Positions 1 through 9,663 of a stretch of 33,486 bases of DNA are shown in pieces. Every line of letters begins with the position of its first letter. Position 1 is the stretch's first letter. The notes beneath the pieces are model-generated. The model did not search any database, was not told the DNA's origin, and saw only the letters and a program-made list of their open reading frames with translations. The position numbers and the translations under genes were made by a program. The stretch comes from Octopus bimaculoides (lineage: Eukaryota): contig NC_068983.1 of the NCBI RefSeq assembly GCF_001194135.2, forward strand, positions 156,757,135-156,790,620, given 5' to 3'.

Positions 1-49
<49 letters not shown>

Positions 50-85
50 ATATAATATAATATAATATAATATAATATAATATAT
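1..85. repeat. (TA)n followed by (TAA)n microsatellite
   Basis: Directly visible dinucleotide then trinucleotide array. Confidence 0.95.
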
Positions 86-204
86 ATGTATATATGCATA
101 TATACATACGTGTACGTACATACATGTATACGTATATACATATGCATATGTTGGCACAGGACGTCACAAAGCATAAACAACAAAAAATACGAAGTACGAG
201 GACA

Positions 205-2155
205 TGGAATACGATCTTTTATTGCATGCAATAAGGCACAAGATCCAGTCCTCTGTACTAGATCAGTACTTGTTCATTGCAGTTGTGGAGGTCTTATAGC
301 ACAGTTCTATCGGCATCATTCCTCGTTTCCCATTGCTTCTAGTTAGGTACAGACATCAACGTCTGCTTTTGGGTGGTGCACGTTCTTTGATGTTCGTAAT
401 TTTCTTGTCTTCCTGTCCAGGCGTTGGAGTTCTGTAAGATTCCAGTTAATGATGTTAAAACTGTATTGGACTATTGAAAGTGCCAAGGTGTTAATGGCTT
501 CCATGCGATTTTTGGAGTTGAGTTTTTTCAGTTTTTGGTATGAGTCTTACTCTCCAGTAATACCTTTTCTTATTTTTTCCTTCATAGTAGCATGTTGTGT
601 ACCATCCCCTTCGTTTCTCCACAAGTATTTACAGAATTTTTATGGGTCACACTCCTTGATGGTAGTGCCGGTATCTAATTCAATGGAAGCTGTTTGGTTC
701 AGCTTGCCTCTCACAAACGTTGCTTTAGCACACTTATCAAGGTCAAAATCCATCCAGATGTCACTGCTGAACTCTTGTTAACAGCCCTACTAGCTCTTCG
801 TCATTTCTAGCAAACAGCTTCAGATCGTCTAAATAAAACAGATGGTTTACTATAATACTATACATTTTGAATGCATACCTGGTGTTACTTAGTTCGTTTG
901 AGAGTGGGATCAGTGCCATGCATAAGAGTGATAGGGAGAGGGAGTCACCTTGAAAGATACCTCGTTTAATGTTGATGTTGTTAGATGGTGTAGAAGGAGA
1001 CCATGCTACCTTGTAAGAACTTGGAGACGACAGCAGAAGTCTTATATATCTCAAGAGCTTTGTATAACCAATTATGTGGGACACTACCAAACGCTTTACT
1101 GTAGTCTATCCATGCCATACTCAGGTTCTTTTTGTTCCGATAATTCTGTACAATCATTTTATTTATAAGTAATTGATCTTTGCATCCATAAGAATTCCTT
1201 CTACAACCTTTTTGAGCTTGTGGAAGGAAAGAGTTCTGTTCCAGGAAAGTGTATATTCTTTCAGTTAGTAACGATGTGAGTATCTTGTAAATGTTGTTGT
1301 GACATGTATCGGTCGGTAGTTCTTTGGATTTTTCGTGTCTTAAGTTTTTGGTAGAAGGTATGCTGTTCCTTCGGTCAGCCATGCAGGTATTTGCATTGGG
1401 TTCTGGATGATATCAGTTACAGATGCAACAAAATTTGGGGGTACTTCTGTCAAACAATTCAGCCAGAAGTTAGGGATCCGGTCCAGGCCTGAGGTTTTGT
1501 GAGACTTTCTAAGAACATATCTTAGCAATTCCACTCCTGTTGACACCCATTTCTGTTCTTCAGCTTCATCCAATCTCATTTTCTCACGTTCTATCCAATG
1601 AGCTTCAGCATTATATTCTTTTCTGTTGCTCCATATCTTCTTCCAGAACTCTTCCGTTTCCACAGTCTTATGAGGTTCCATTACTTCTATCTTGTTTTTG
1701 CCAATCTCCCTATAAAATTTCTTTGCACCCATCTTGAATACCTTGTTTTGTCAATAAGATTAAATTCTTTTATGATAACTTTTGAGCCGTTAGACTTTCA
1801 CTTGTATTCGTTGTTTCACTATTTCTTTGGTTGCAGGGAGGTTTATAAAATCTTTGATTTTATATTTTTGCTTCATTTTTCTAGCTTGTTTCGTCTTAAT
1901 ATTTACTCCTCTAGCAAGATCACCGAGAACTGATACATCCGCCCGCAAAAATACGATCTCTTTTTGTATTGCTACTTTCCACTTAGGAGGTTTATTGACA
2001 TGGTTGGTCCTTTTTTGTGTCGTTCTGATACCTAGTTGAGCAGTTACAACTTTAGCAGTGGAATACATGAGGTTATTTAAGGTTGTTAAATAATTTCCTT
2101 TGTTTCTTAAGACGTGTCTTGCAAATAACTTGCACATGCAAGTGCTACCAGTCAA
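205..2155 (-). mobile_element. Decayed R4/Dong-like non-LTR retrotransposon fragment (pre-RT region, RT domain, thumb); frameshifted and truncated at both ends
   Basis: Minus-strand ORF pieces in collinear order: 1790-2155 (PPKWKVAIQKEIVFLRAD), 1340-1732 (FWKKIWSN, IPNFWLNCL, PAWLTEGTAYLLPK), 981-1382 (QKGCRRNSYGCKDQLLINK, AWIDYSKAFGSVPHNW), 761-1090 (RGIFQGDSLS, NHLFYLDDLKLFA). By-eye translation of 300-400 gives HPKADVD/LYLTRSNGKRG. These motifs are typical of REL-type LINE RTs, best resembling the R4 clade. Confidence 0.88.
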
Positions 2156-2214
2156 GAATTCCGCATACCGGAAGCCAGCAAGTATATGGGGTCACCAGGA
2201 GAGAATGCGCGCCG

Positions 2215-2269
2215 TTTCGGGGCCTACCTCTCATTTCGGGGCCTACCTCTCATTTCGGGGCCTACCTCT
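2215..2269. repeat. 19-bp tandem repeat, ~2.9 copies (TTTCGGGGCCTACCTCTCA)
   Basis: Units at 2215-2233, 2234-2252 and 2253-2269 (partial), identical. Confidence 0.95.
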
Positions 2270-2293
2270 AAGAGCAACATTATATATCATGAT

Positions 2294-2308
2294 TTATTAT
2301 TGTTGTTG

Positions 2309-2371
<63 letters not shown>
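2294..2371. repeat. (TTG)n/(TTA)n microsatellite
   Basis: Directly visible. Confidence 0.95.
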
Positions 2372-2372
<1 letters not shown>

Positions 2373-3107
2373 ATTTTAAAGGAAACTGAAGAAAAGAAAA
2401 CGAGTTGAAATTTTATAATATAAAAGTTATCCATCAGTCAAGAAACAGGAAATACAAAGAAACAGAAGAAGTATTGTAAAGAATGTGATTTTGGTAAACA
2501 GAAAAAAACACGGTATAATTTTAGGAACATTTGTTTATGTTTTCGTTTATGTGAATGCTTGTACTGTTCATTTATTATTGATGGGTTGTCCTCTGTGATT
2601 GTAATCCGTCAATTAATTCTCTGTTTCATAGCAAATGTTGGTGTCTTTTTGTTATAAATACAATGTATATATTTCCTGATGTATTTTTACTCTTTTCTTT
2701 CTATTCCTATTAGTATTATTGCTACTAATTGTTAACTGCGTTATCATTAGTTTTATTAATGTCATCATCATTGTCATCATTGTTATAATCGACAATATCA
2801 GAATTATCATAACAGTGTCAAAAGAAAAAAAAATTATATGTGTATGTATGTGTGAGTGTATGTATATATATAGTTATATATGTGCGTAGGTACGTATGTT
2901 TAAATGCATGCATACATGTATAAATATGCGTATATGTATTTATATATGCATGTATGTATTCACGTACGTTATCATGTAAAGACATATGTACGTGCATACA
3001 AATGTGCGTACATATACATTGTATGTACATCCAGAGGGTGCGGTGAATAAATAGTCGTCTAAATTACGCAAAGAGGAAGATAACACTGATATCTTATTTT
3101 AACAGAT

Positions 3108-3304
3108 TTACTCTTTGACTCCTTTATTTCTTTCAGTCATTTGATTGCTGCTATGCTTGGACACCACATAAATTCGAACAAATCGACCCCAGGACTTATT
3201 TTTTGTAAGCCTAGTGCTTAATTCTATCGAGGGTCTTTTGCCGAACCACTAATGTTACGTGGACGCAAACACACTAGCATCGGCTGTCAAGCGATAGTGG
3301 GGAG
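3108..3304 (-). mobile_element. SINE family A, 3' half
   Basis: Reverse complement matches the tail of the copies at 5641-6207 and 19593-20063 (CGCTTGACAGCCGATGCTAGTGTGTTT...GGCTTACAAAAAATAAGTCCTGGGGTCGATTTGTTCGA...AAATGACTGAAAG). Confidence 0.85.
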
Positions 3305-3744
3305 TTAACATTTTCTTATCATTGTCAAAGATTCTATCACTGTATTTTAATATATCTATGTTAACCATTTTTTAACACCACAACGGCCTTACATTTTACT
3401 TTAGAAAATCCTTTTTTTAAAAAGTGAAACCGGTCAAGTCAATAAAGATNNNNNNNNNNNNNNNNNNNNNNNNNNNNNNNNNNNNNNNNNNNNNNNNNNN
3501 NNNNNNNNNNNNNNNNNNNNNNNNNNNNNNNNNNNNNNNNNNNNNNNNNNNNNNNNNNNNNNNNNNNNNNNNNNNNNNNNNNNNNNNNNNNNNNNNNNNN
3601 NNNNNNNNNNNNNNNNNNNNNNNNNNNNNNNNNNNNNNNNNNNNNNNNNNNNNNNNNNNNNNNNNNNNNNNNNNNNNNNNNNNNNNNNNNNNNNNNNNNN
3701 NNNNNNNNNNNNNNNNNNNNNNNNNNNNNNNNNNNNNNNNNNNN

Positions 3745-3859
3745 CACAATAAGCCAAACCTATGCACATTTCAATAGGGTAATTTGTTACAATATTTTAC
3801 GAGACATCTTATTTTTCCGGGATACCCTATTGAAATGTGCATAGGTTTGGCTTATTGTG
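3745..3859. repeat. Perfect 37-bp inverted repeat with 41-bp spacer, abutting an assembly gap
   Basis: 3745-3781 CACAATAAGCCAAACCTATGCACATTTCAATAGGGTA is the exact reverse complement of 3823-3859. Confidence 0.95.
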
Positions 3860-4070
3860 GTTGTTTCTGTTATTATAATTGTTGCTGTAATAAAGTATCT
3901 TCAATGCATTGATTTTGAGCTCTATCCTTTAAGAGACATGTATACATATATATATACAAAAACTCAACTGTGAGTTTTTGGCTAAGACTGTTAACAGATA
4001 CTATATATTTTGTAAAATTTGTTTTATAAAAGTATATATTTAATATATATATATATATATATATGAGTGT

Positions 4071-4127
4071 CCGAAACTATGTGGTTGGTAAGCAAGCAAG
4101 CTCTCTACCACACAGACATTCCTGCGC
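4071..4127 (-). mobile_element. SINE family A, 5' tRNA-like head fragment
   Basis: Reverse complement GCGCAGGAATGTCTGTGTGGTAGAGAGCTTGCTTGCTTACCAACCACATAGTTTCGG matches the head at 13639-13695. Confidence 0.8.
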
Positions 4128-4174
4128 TTTTAGCAAAATTGCATAAGAATATCTTGAAATATTAAAAAGTAAAT

Positions 4175-5000
4175 TTATTCAATAATACCGCCTTTCGCTT
4201 CGATTACACCCTCCAGATGACTTCGGAATCTTCTGCAACTCTTCTGGGTCTTCTTGGTGAATTCTGCCATAATTCTCACCTTCAGTAAGTGTTTGTTTCT
4301 CGCTCAACTCCACCCCACCTATAATAACCTAAAGGGTTATTATAGCGGCGTGGGAAGATGAATTGAGACATAACGTCGTCATCACTAATGATCACTCCAA
4401 ACACCATGATGTTGATTGGGTGTTTGATTTTTATCACTCGCGGTACATATTTTGGGGACACGGTAAACCAACGGTTGTTTTGTGTGCTCACCATCTGATC
4501 CTGGCAGAAATTTTTCTCGTCTGAGAAAAACCAAAGCGTGTTCGGTTGAGGTGAAGAAGATGCTTGAGTTTGTTTGAAAGCTTCATAGCGCGGTCTTTCC
4601 TCTTGTACTTGATAGCTTGAGATTTAAAAAATGGTTCTTTATTATCTTGCATGATGGATAACGAATGTCTTCATGCACTATCTGCCTGATAAGAAACTCA
4701 GACATTCTCATGTCTCTGGTGATGGACCTGGTTGACTTGGAGGGATCGTTGTCGATTATGACCTGTATCTCACCAACAAATGCAAGAGTTCTATTCTTAT
4801 CGGAATGATCAGAGTGAGTTTTCCGAGCTGCCGTATCTTCGTAATCACCATTACACTCATCCAACTCTTTCCGAAACCTCTGCACTGTCCTCAGATTGAC
4901 ACCAAAACACTCTGAAATGTCCGTATTGGAGTTTCCGGCGCGAATGCCATGCAGCACAGCATGTCGTTTCCAAATTTCTGACAGAGTGAATTGAGTACTG
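4175..5000 (-). mobile_element. maT (DD37D)-like transposase remnant, internally deleted and frameshifted
   Basis: N-terminal HTH region in ORF 4583-4957 (GVNLRTVQRFRKEL, IDNDPSKSTRSITRDM). By-eye translation gives WFFSDEKNFCQDQ (first catalytic D), followed by QNNRWF...HPINIMVFGVII (ORF 4282-4494), then the C-terminus SCRRFRSHLEGVIEAKGGIIE* with TAA at 4175-4177. The SDEK/QN-R/MVFG combination resembles maT/Bmmar1-type transposases. Confidence 0.8.
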
Positions 5001-5213
5001 GTGCTTTTTTCTCACAGACGGAGCCCAACTGACCCTACTATACTGTGTAATCGACAAAATCAAAAGCAAAGATAGATAGGTTTCTTTATTAGCCACACAG
5101 GGCTCAACACAGANNNNNNNNNNNNNNNNNNNNNNNNNNNNNNNNNNNNNNNNNNNNNNNNNNNNNNNNNNNNNNNNNNNNNNNNNNNNNNNNNNNNNNN
5201 NNNNNNNNNNNNN

Positions 5214-5257
<44 letters not shown>

Positions 5258-5640
5258 ATAGAAACTTGCGCGCGAAGACAAGCACTAAGTACACTAATAA
5301 AAAGTAGTATTCGGTACATATGCTGGTTGCTAAATATTTGTATTAAAAATTTGCACATTAAATTTGTATTACTCAATATTTCACAGATGCCACATAGGCT
5401 AACTGTCTCTGCATGATGTATAAAATTTATTCCAGTTAGTCTGATGGCGAGGTGAGAGAGGACGACTGGCTGGATGCCTGACGGTCGCATGAACTGTGAT
5501 TCAATAGTTAAGAGTAATCTCTCTTGCATTCCAATATAATTTGATTAAATTTCAGTATAAATTATAAAATACTGCTATCAATTAATGGTTTAAGCGTAGT
5601 TATTCATATGCAAGGGGATACATAGATTAATAGTTATATA

Positions 5641-5765
5641 GCTGTATGGTTACGAGTTCAAATCCCACTGCGTGGCACCTTAGGCGGGTCCCATGTACTA
5701 TAACCTAGGGCCGACCAAAGCCTTGTGAGTGGATTTGATAGGCAGAAACTGAAAGAAGCCCGTCA

Positions 5766-5824
<59 letters not shown>

Positions 5825-6207
5825 ATGTATGTATGCATGTATGTATGCATGTATGTATGCATGTATGTATGCATGTATGTATGCATGTATGTGTGTGTGT
5901 ATATATATAAATATGTATATATGTATTTATGTACCTATGTATGTATTTGTGTGTGTATATGAATATGTATGTATGTATTTATATACCTATGTGTGTCTGT
6001 GTTTGTCCCTCTGCCATCGGTTGACAACCGATGCTGGTGTGTTTTTATCCCCGTAACTTAGCAGCTCCTCAAAACAACCGATAGAATAAGTACTAGGCTT
6101 ACAAAGAATAAGTCCTGGGGTCGATGTCTTCGACTAACACACTTTAAGGCGGTACTCCAGCATGGCCGCATTCAAATGACAGAAAGAAGTAAAAGAATAA
6201 AAGAATA
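5641..6207 (+). mobile_element. SINE family A, near full-length, with internal (TA)/(TG)/(TATG) expansion
   Basis: B-box-like GAGTTCAAATCCC; central GCCGACCAAAGCCTTGTGAGTGGATTTGATAGGCAGAAACTGAAAGAAGCCCGTC (resembles the Deu/Nin-type conserved SINE domain, from recall); tail shared with other copies; ends in AAAAGAAT repeats. Confidence 0.88.
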
Positions 6208-6310
6208 TACATGCATGTATGCATACATACATGCATACATACATGCATACATACATACATACATACATACATACATACATACATACATACATACATACAT
6301 ACATACACAC
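6207..6310. repeat. (TACA)n / (TGCA-interrupted) microsatellite
   Basis: Directly visible. Confidence 0.9.
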
Positions 6311-6619
6311 ATTGTAGTCTGTTCTTTTTTAACCTACAGTGGCTGTCCATATTTACAGCTGTGTGTCATATATGTAGATGCCACCCCTTCCACAGATTTC
6401 TTTCTACGGCTGCTGGGATCAAGCTCTGTTTATGAATGTACTTTTCTAGTTACAATGTATAGATGTGAAGTCTTGTTTATAAATGTCTAAAGCGACCACA
6501 GACAATGCAAAGATCATCCTGAAATTTTCATGCATTACGTTTCAATATCTTATGGGTTATTCAATTTTTTTAACTGCATACTATTTGTCTTAGTTATAGA
6601 ATAGAGTGCCATTCGCTGA

Positions 6620-7330
6620 TATGGAGCAACATTTTTCAGTATACTGTTGTGAAATCTCTTTTACGGTTTGTGTTTGCCGAGATGAAAAGCATTTCCAGAT
6701 GAAAAACATTTCCAGCCAGTGCCCAATATAGGTCTTAGACATTTCTCAGACAATTTCTCTAACAAGCTCGAAGGAAACGAATAGGTAAAATGTGGTTGTA
6801 AACTTCCAAATCCTCACGTTCGTATATATCACTACGTACTCATTGTCAAAGTACGTTAAGATACTACTATAGATAAAATTTCTTCTGTTCTATTCCTCAA
6901 AAACCACATTGATGCTTGATAGTGCTAGCTATGCTAGTTATGAGAGGTATCATGTACTACGATGTTCGATAGTACAAGTTACCTACAAGAGATTAGTGTT
7001 GCAAACGCTTGTACAGGTAGCATGAATATTCCTGTCTAAGTATCGGTTTCCATATTAACATGTCGAGAACGAACCACGATGACTGGTGGAAACATCGACT
7101 GGATTTTCATATGTCAAGACAACATACAGTACATTAGGACATTAAAACACGAGGTCTTCCATCTCCTATATGATTTCTGATTCGAACTAAAAGTATATCA
7201 CTGTTGAGTGTTTTTCATCTCTAGTATTTATTTCATCCCACGCTTTGTTTCCTGACAGTCTTTGACCTACGATGGGCTCCTCCATCTTTTGACATTAGAA
7301 TTAAATTTTTCGTAGCTGTTTATTCATAGT
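6620..7330 (-). mobile_element. Heavily decayed Tc1-like transposase remnant (tentative)
   Basis: Scattered minus-strand pieces in the expected order (DGRPRVL; VVLTYE at the position of the VxFSDE motif; ...HILP; a degraded FQxDN-like region). No continuous ORF. Confidence 0.33.
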
Positions 7331-7996
7331 TTCCCATTTTCGTTTATTAAAAACAACATATTAAAAAACGAAACTTGCAGCTCGATATTGTTTTAAACAT
7401 TTGATTAAAATAAAGCTTCCATAACTGAATATTATTATCATTAGATATATAAATAAATGTGATGTATTATACACGAAATATAACGTAAAAACACTGGAAA
7501 ACTGGGATGTTGGACAAGAAGGAGTTACATAAGGAGACGAAGGAAGTTTTGTCAAAATAAATGTATAACATAGCGTGGGTGAAGTGCGATAAGGAAAGAA
7601 AAATAGAAAGAGAAGTAAGAAAATAAATAAACAAACAACGAGATGGCAAGAAATGTGAAAATTTTAATTGTCTCTCAGTACGCTTATCTTTATACAAGCA
7701 TTTCTGTCAACGAAATCCATCGTTATAAGAAGTGAAGGAAAAAGAATAACAGTAAACTGGCTGAAGATAGACTATCTGAAAACAAGAGAGTGATGAAGAC
7801 AGAAATAATAAGTAGAGTGAAGTACGTTTTGTGATGAGTTTACTAAACGCTAGAAAGATATTTGATAGCCCTAACCACAAAATACTGTTTCTAGTCTATG
7901 TGTGAGTATATATATATATAGAGAGAGAGATAGATAGATAGATAGATAGATAAATAGAATAAAACAAACCTATGAAGCGGATATGGCTGCAATATA

Positions 7997-8127
7997 TACG
8001 AGGGGTGTATGAAAAGTCTTGAGCCTCAAAGAAAAAAACAAAATGCGGTACAAGACTTCTGACAAAAGTACAAGACTTCAAAACTCAAGGGCCTTGAAGG
8101 CTCAAAACCTTTCATACACCCCTCCCA
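7997..8127. mobile_element. Mariner-type MITE, ~130 bp
   Basis: Left end TA-CGAGGGGTGTATGAAAAGTCTTGAGCCT (7997-8026); right end AGGCTCAAAACCTTTCATACACCCCTCC (8098-8125). 25/28 bases are complementary. TA flanks the left end and CA the right. TACGAGGG termini are typical of mariner elements. Confidence 0.82.
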
Positions 8128-8654
8128 TACAGTGAATAGTTCGTCTATTTTTTTTTTTTTTTTAGATCAACATGTGTTTCTATTATCTACACAAATAATT
8201 GAGTTAAATTGTCTTTAAATTTATATCTTACTCATTTGGATCTTTGGATATAATTTAACGCACTCAAGATTGACTTTTGTGCCTACTTATGTGTTGCGTC
8301 ACTTCCATCTTTTATCGTTTCTTTCATTCTGTGTTAAAACTGGTAATCGAGTTTAATCTACTGAAATACGATCTTCTATGTTTTGGCTGATATATCTGTG
8401 TCCATGTCCATGTGCATTTCGAAGCACAACAATAAGTCCTGCATTTAAAGGAATATATACATTACGGATTTGTATGAAATTTTTGAGAATCTCCATTCTT
8501 TTCCAATTTATTCACATACATTACTTATGTAGAAAAATTTAAGATTCTTATATGCATTTGTTACCTACACATACTCCACTCACTCGTATACACGCATGCA
8601 CTCAAACACCCACACAGATACACGCGCACACACACATGTACACAGGCGCACACC

Positions 8655-8685
<31 letters not shown>

Positions 8686-8705
8686 TCCATTGCCAAGGCC
8701 GGAGC

Positions 8706-8867
8706 AATGGAGTAACCGCTGCTTGATACATCGGCCAAGTGTTGAGGCCTCACATTGCGCAATACTTTGCCCGTCATCGGAATCACGTGTTCCAACACGA
8801 CAACGACCAAGCCCATACTGCCAGGTTGGCGACAGACTTCCGCCAATACCACAACATCCAACAGTTT
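8706..8867 (+). mobile_element. Tc1 (DD34E)-type transposase internal fragment
   Basis: In-frame translation NGVTAA*YIGQVLRPHIAQYFARHRNHVFQHDNDQAHTARLATDFRQYHNIQQF contains the FQHDN..HTA second-aspartate motif. Confidence 0.8.
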
Positions 8868-8970
8868 CTTAATTAGAACTCTTCAATTAATACTATGGCA
8901 GTTTGTTAATAAACCAGTTTCTATTTAGTATGTGTGCTACGTTTCTTTTGTGGCTGAGTATATACAACTT

Positions 8971-9346
8971 CAGACTGAGGGGATGGAGCAGGTAAAATTC
9001 AGGCTTCATATGCTTCCTAACTAGCAGAACCTCGGAAGTAACAATTCCGCAACAAAGGGTTCTCCACCAGCTACTCATCAGGCCGAAGATACCTTAGTTA
9101 ACTGAAGGTTACATTGCCGTCAAGGGATCCCGAGTGATCACGCAGATGTGATTTAAAATTTTGAATCACTTCTCCTGTAGTTAACTCGGGGGATTTGATC
9201 TTATTTGACCTTCAGTTAACTAAGATATTTTCGGCCTGATGAGTAGCTAGTGGAGTACCCTTAGTTGAAGAATTGTTACTTCCAAGGTTCTACTAGTTAG
9301 GAAGTATATGTACCCTGGAATTTATGTCCTCCTTTCCCTCAGTTTG
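8971..9346. mobile_element. Foldback / long-TIR non-autonomous element
   Basis: Core arms 8995-9111 and 9206-9323 are reverse complements with 13 mismatches and 1 gap in ~118 bp (hand count). Weaker complementarity extends to 8971 and 9346. Spacer is 94 bp. Confidence 0.85.
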
Positions 9347-9565
9347 GTTTTCTATTCACCCTAAATGCTAACCGTGAACTATAAAATACCTTTTTCAGCT
9401 TATCGATCTTCGCTATGGAAAAACGCTAAAAAGTATTACTATTCCTGAAAGTTATTTTTTTTAATACCTACTACGGTCTGCTCGAAGCTTACTAACTCCC
9501 TACACCTAGATCATTGGATCATACGATTGCGTATCAATACATATATATGTGTGTGTCTGTGTACA

Positions 9566-9572
<7 letters not shown>

Positions 9573-9663
<91 letters not shown>
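9573..9663. repeat. (GA)n microsatellite running into a gap
   Basis: Directly visible. Confidence 0.95.

Noticed and set aside
2205-2275. Minus-strand TGAGAG...CCGAAAC looks hammerhead-like
   Set aside because: It lacks CTGANGA spacing and a proper stem II. Three identical 19-bp units are also not a CRISPR array, since there are no spacers.
3425-3449. GAAACCGGTC...AATAAA, resembling the 3' half of a minimal Penelope-type hammerhead and a poly(A) signal
   Set aside because: No CTGANGA box upstream, and the sequence ends in a gap. At most an uninformative fragment.
5387-5451. Exon-like segment TTTCACAG/...GAG/GTGAGA
   Set aside because: Stops in all three frames; it could only be a UTR exon and nothing else supports that.
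9225-9290. Hammerhead-like core CTGATGAG followed by a foldable stem in the foldback arms
   Set aside because: The required GAAA after stem II is absent in both arms (AGAA and GGAA instead), and no convincing stem III or cleavage triplet can be drawn.
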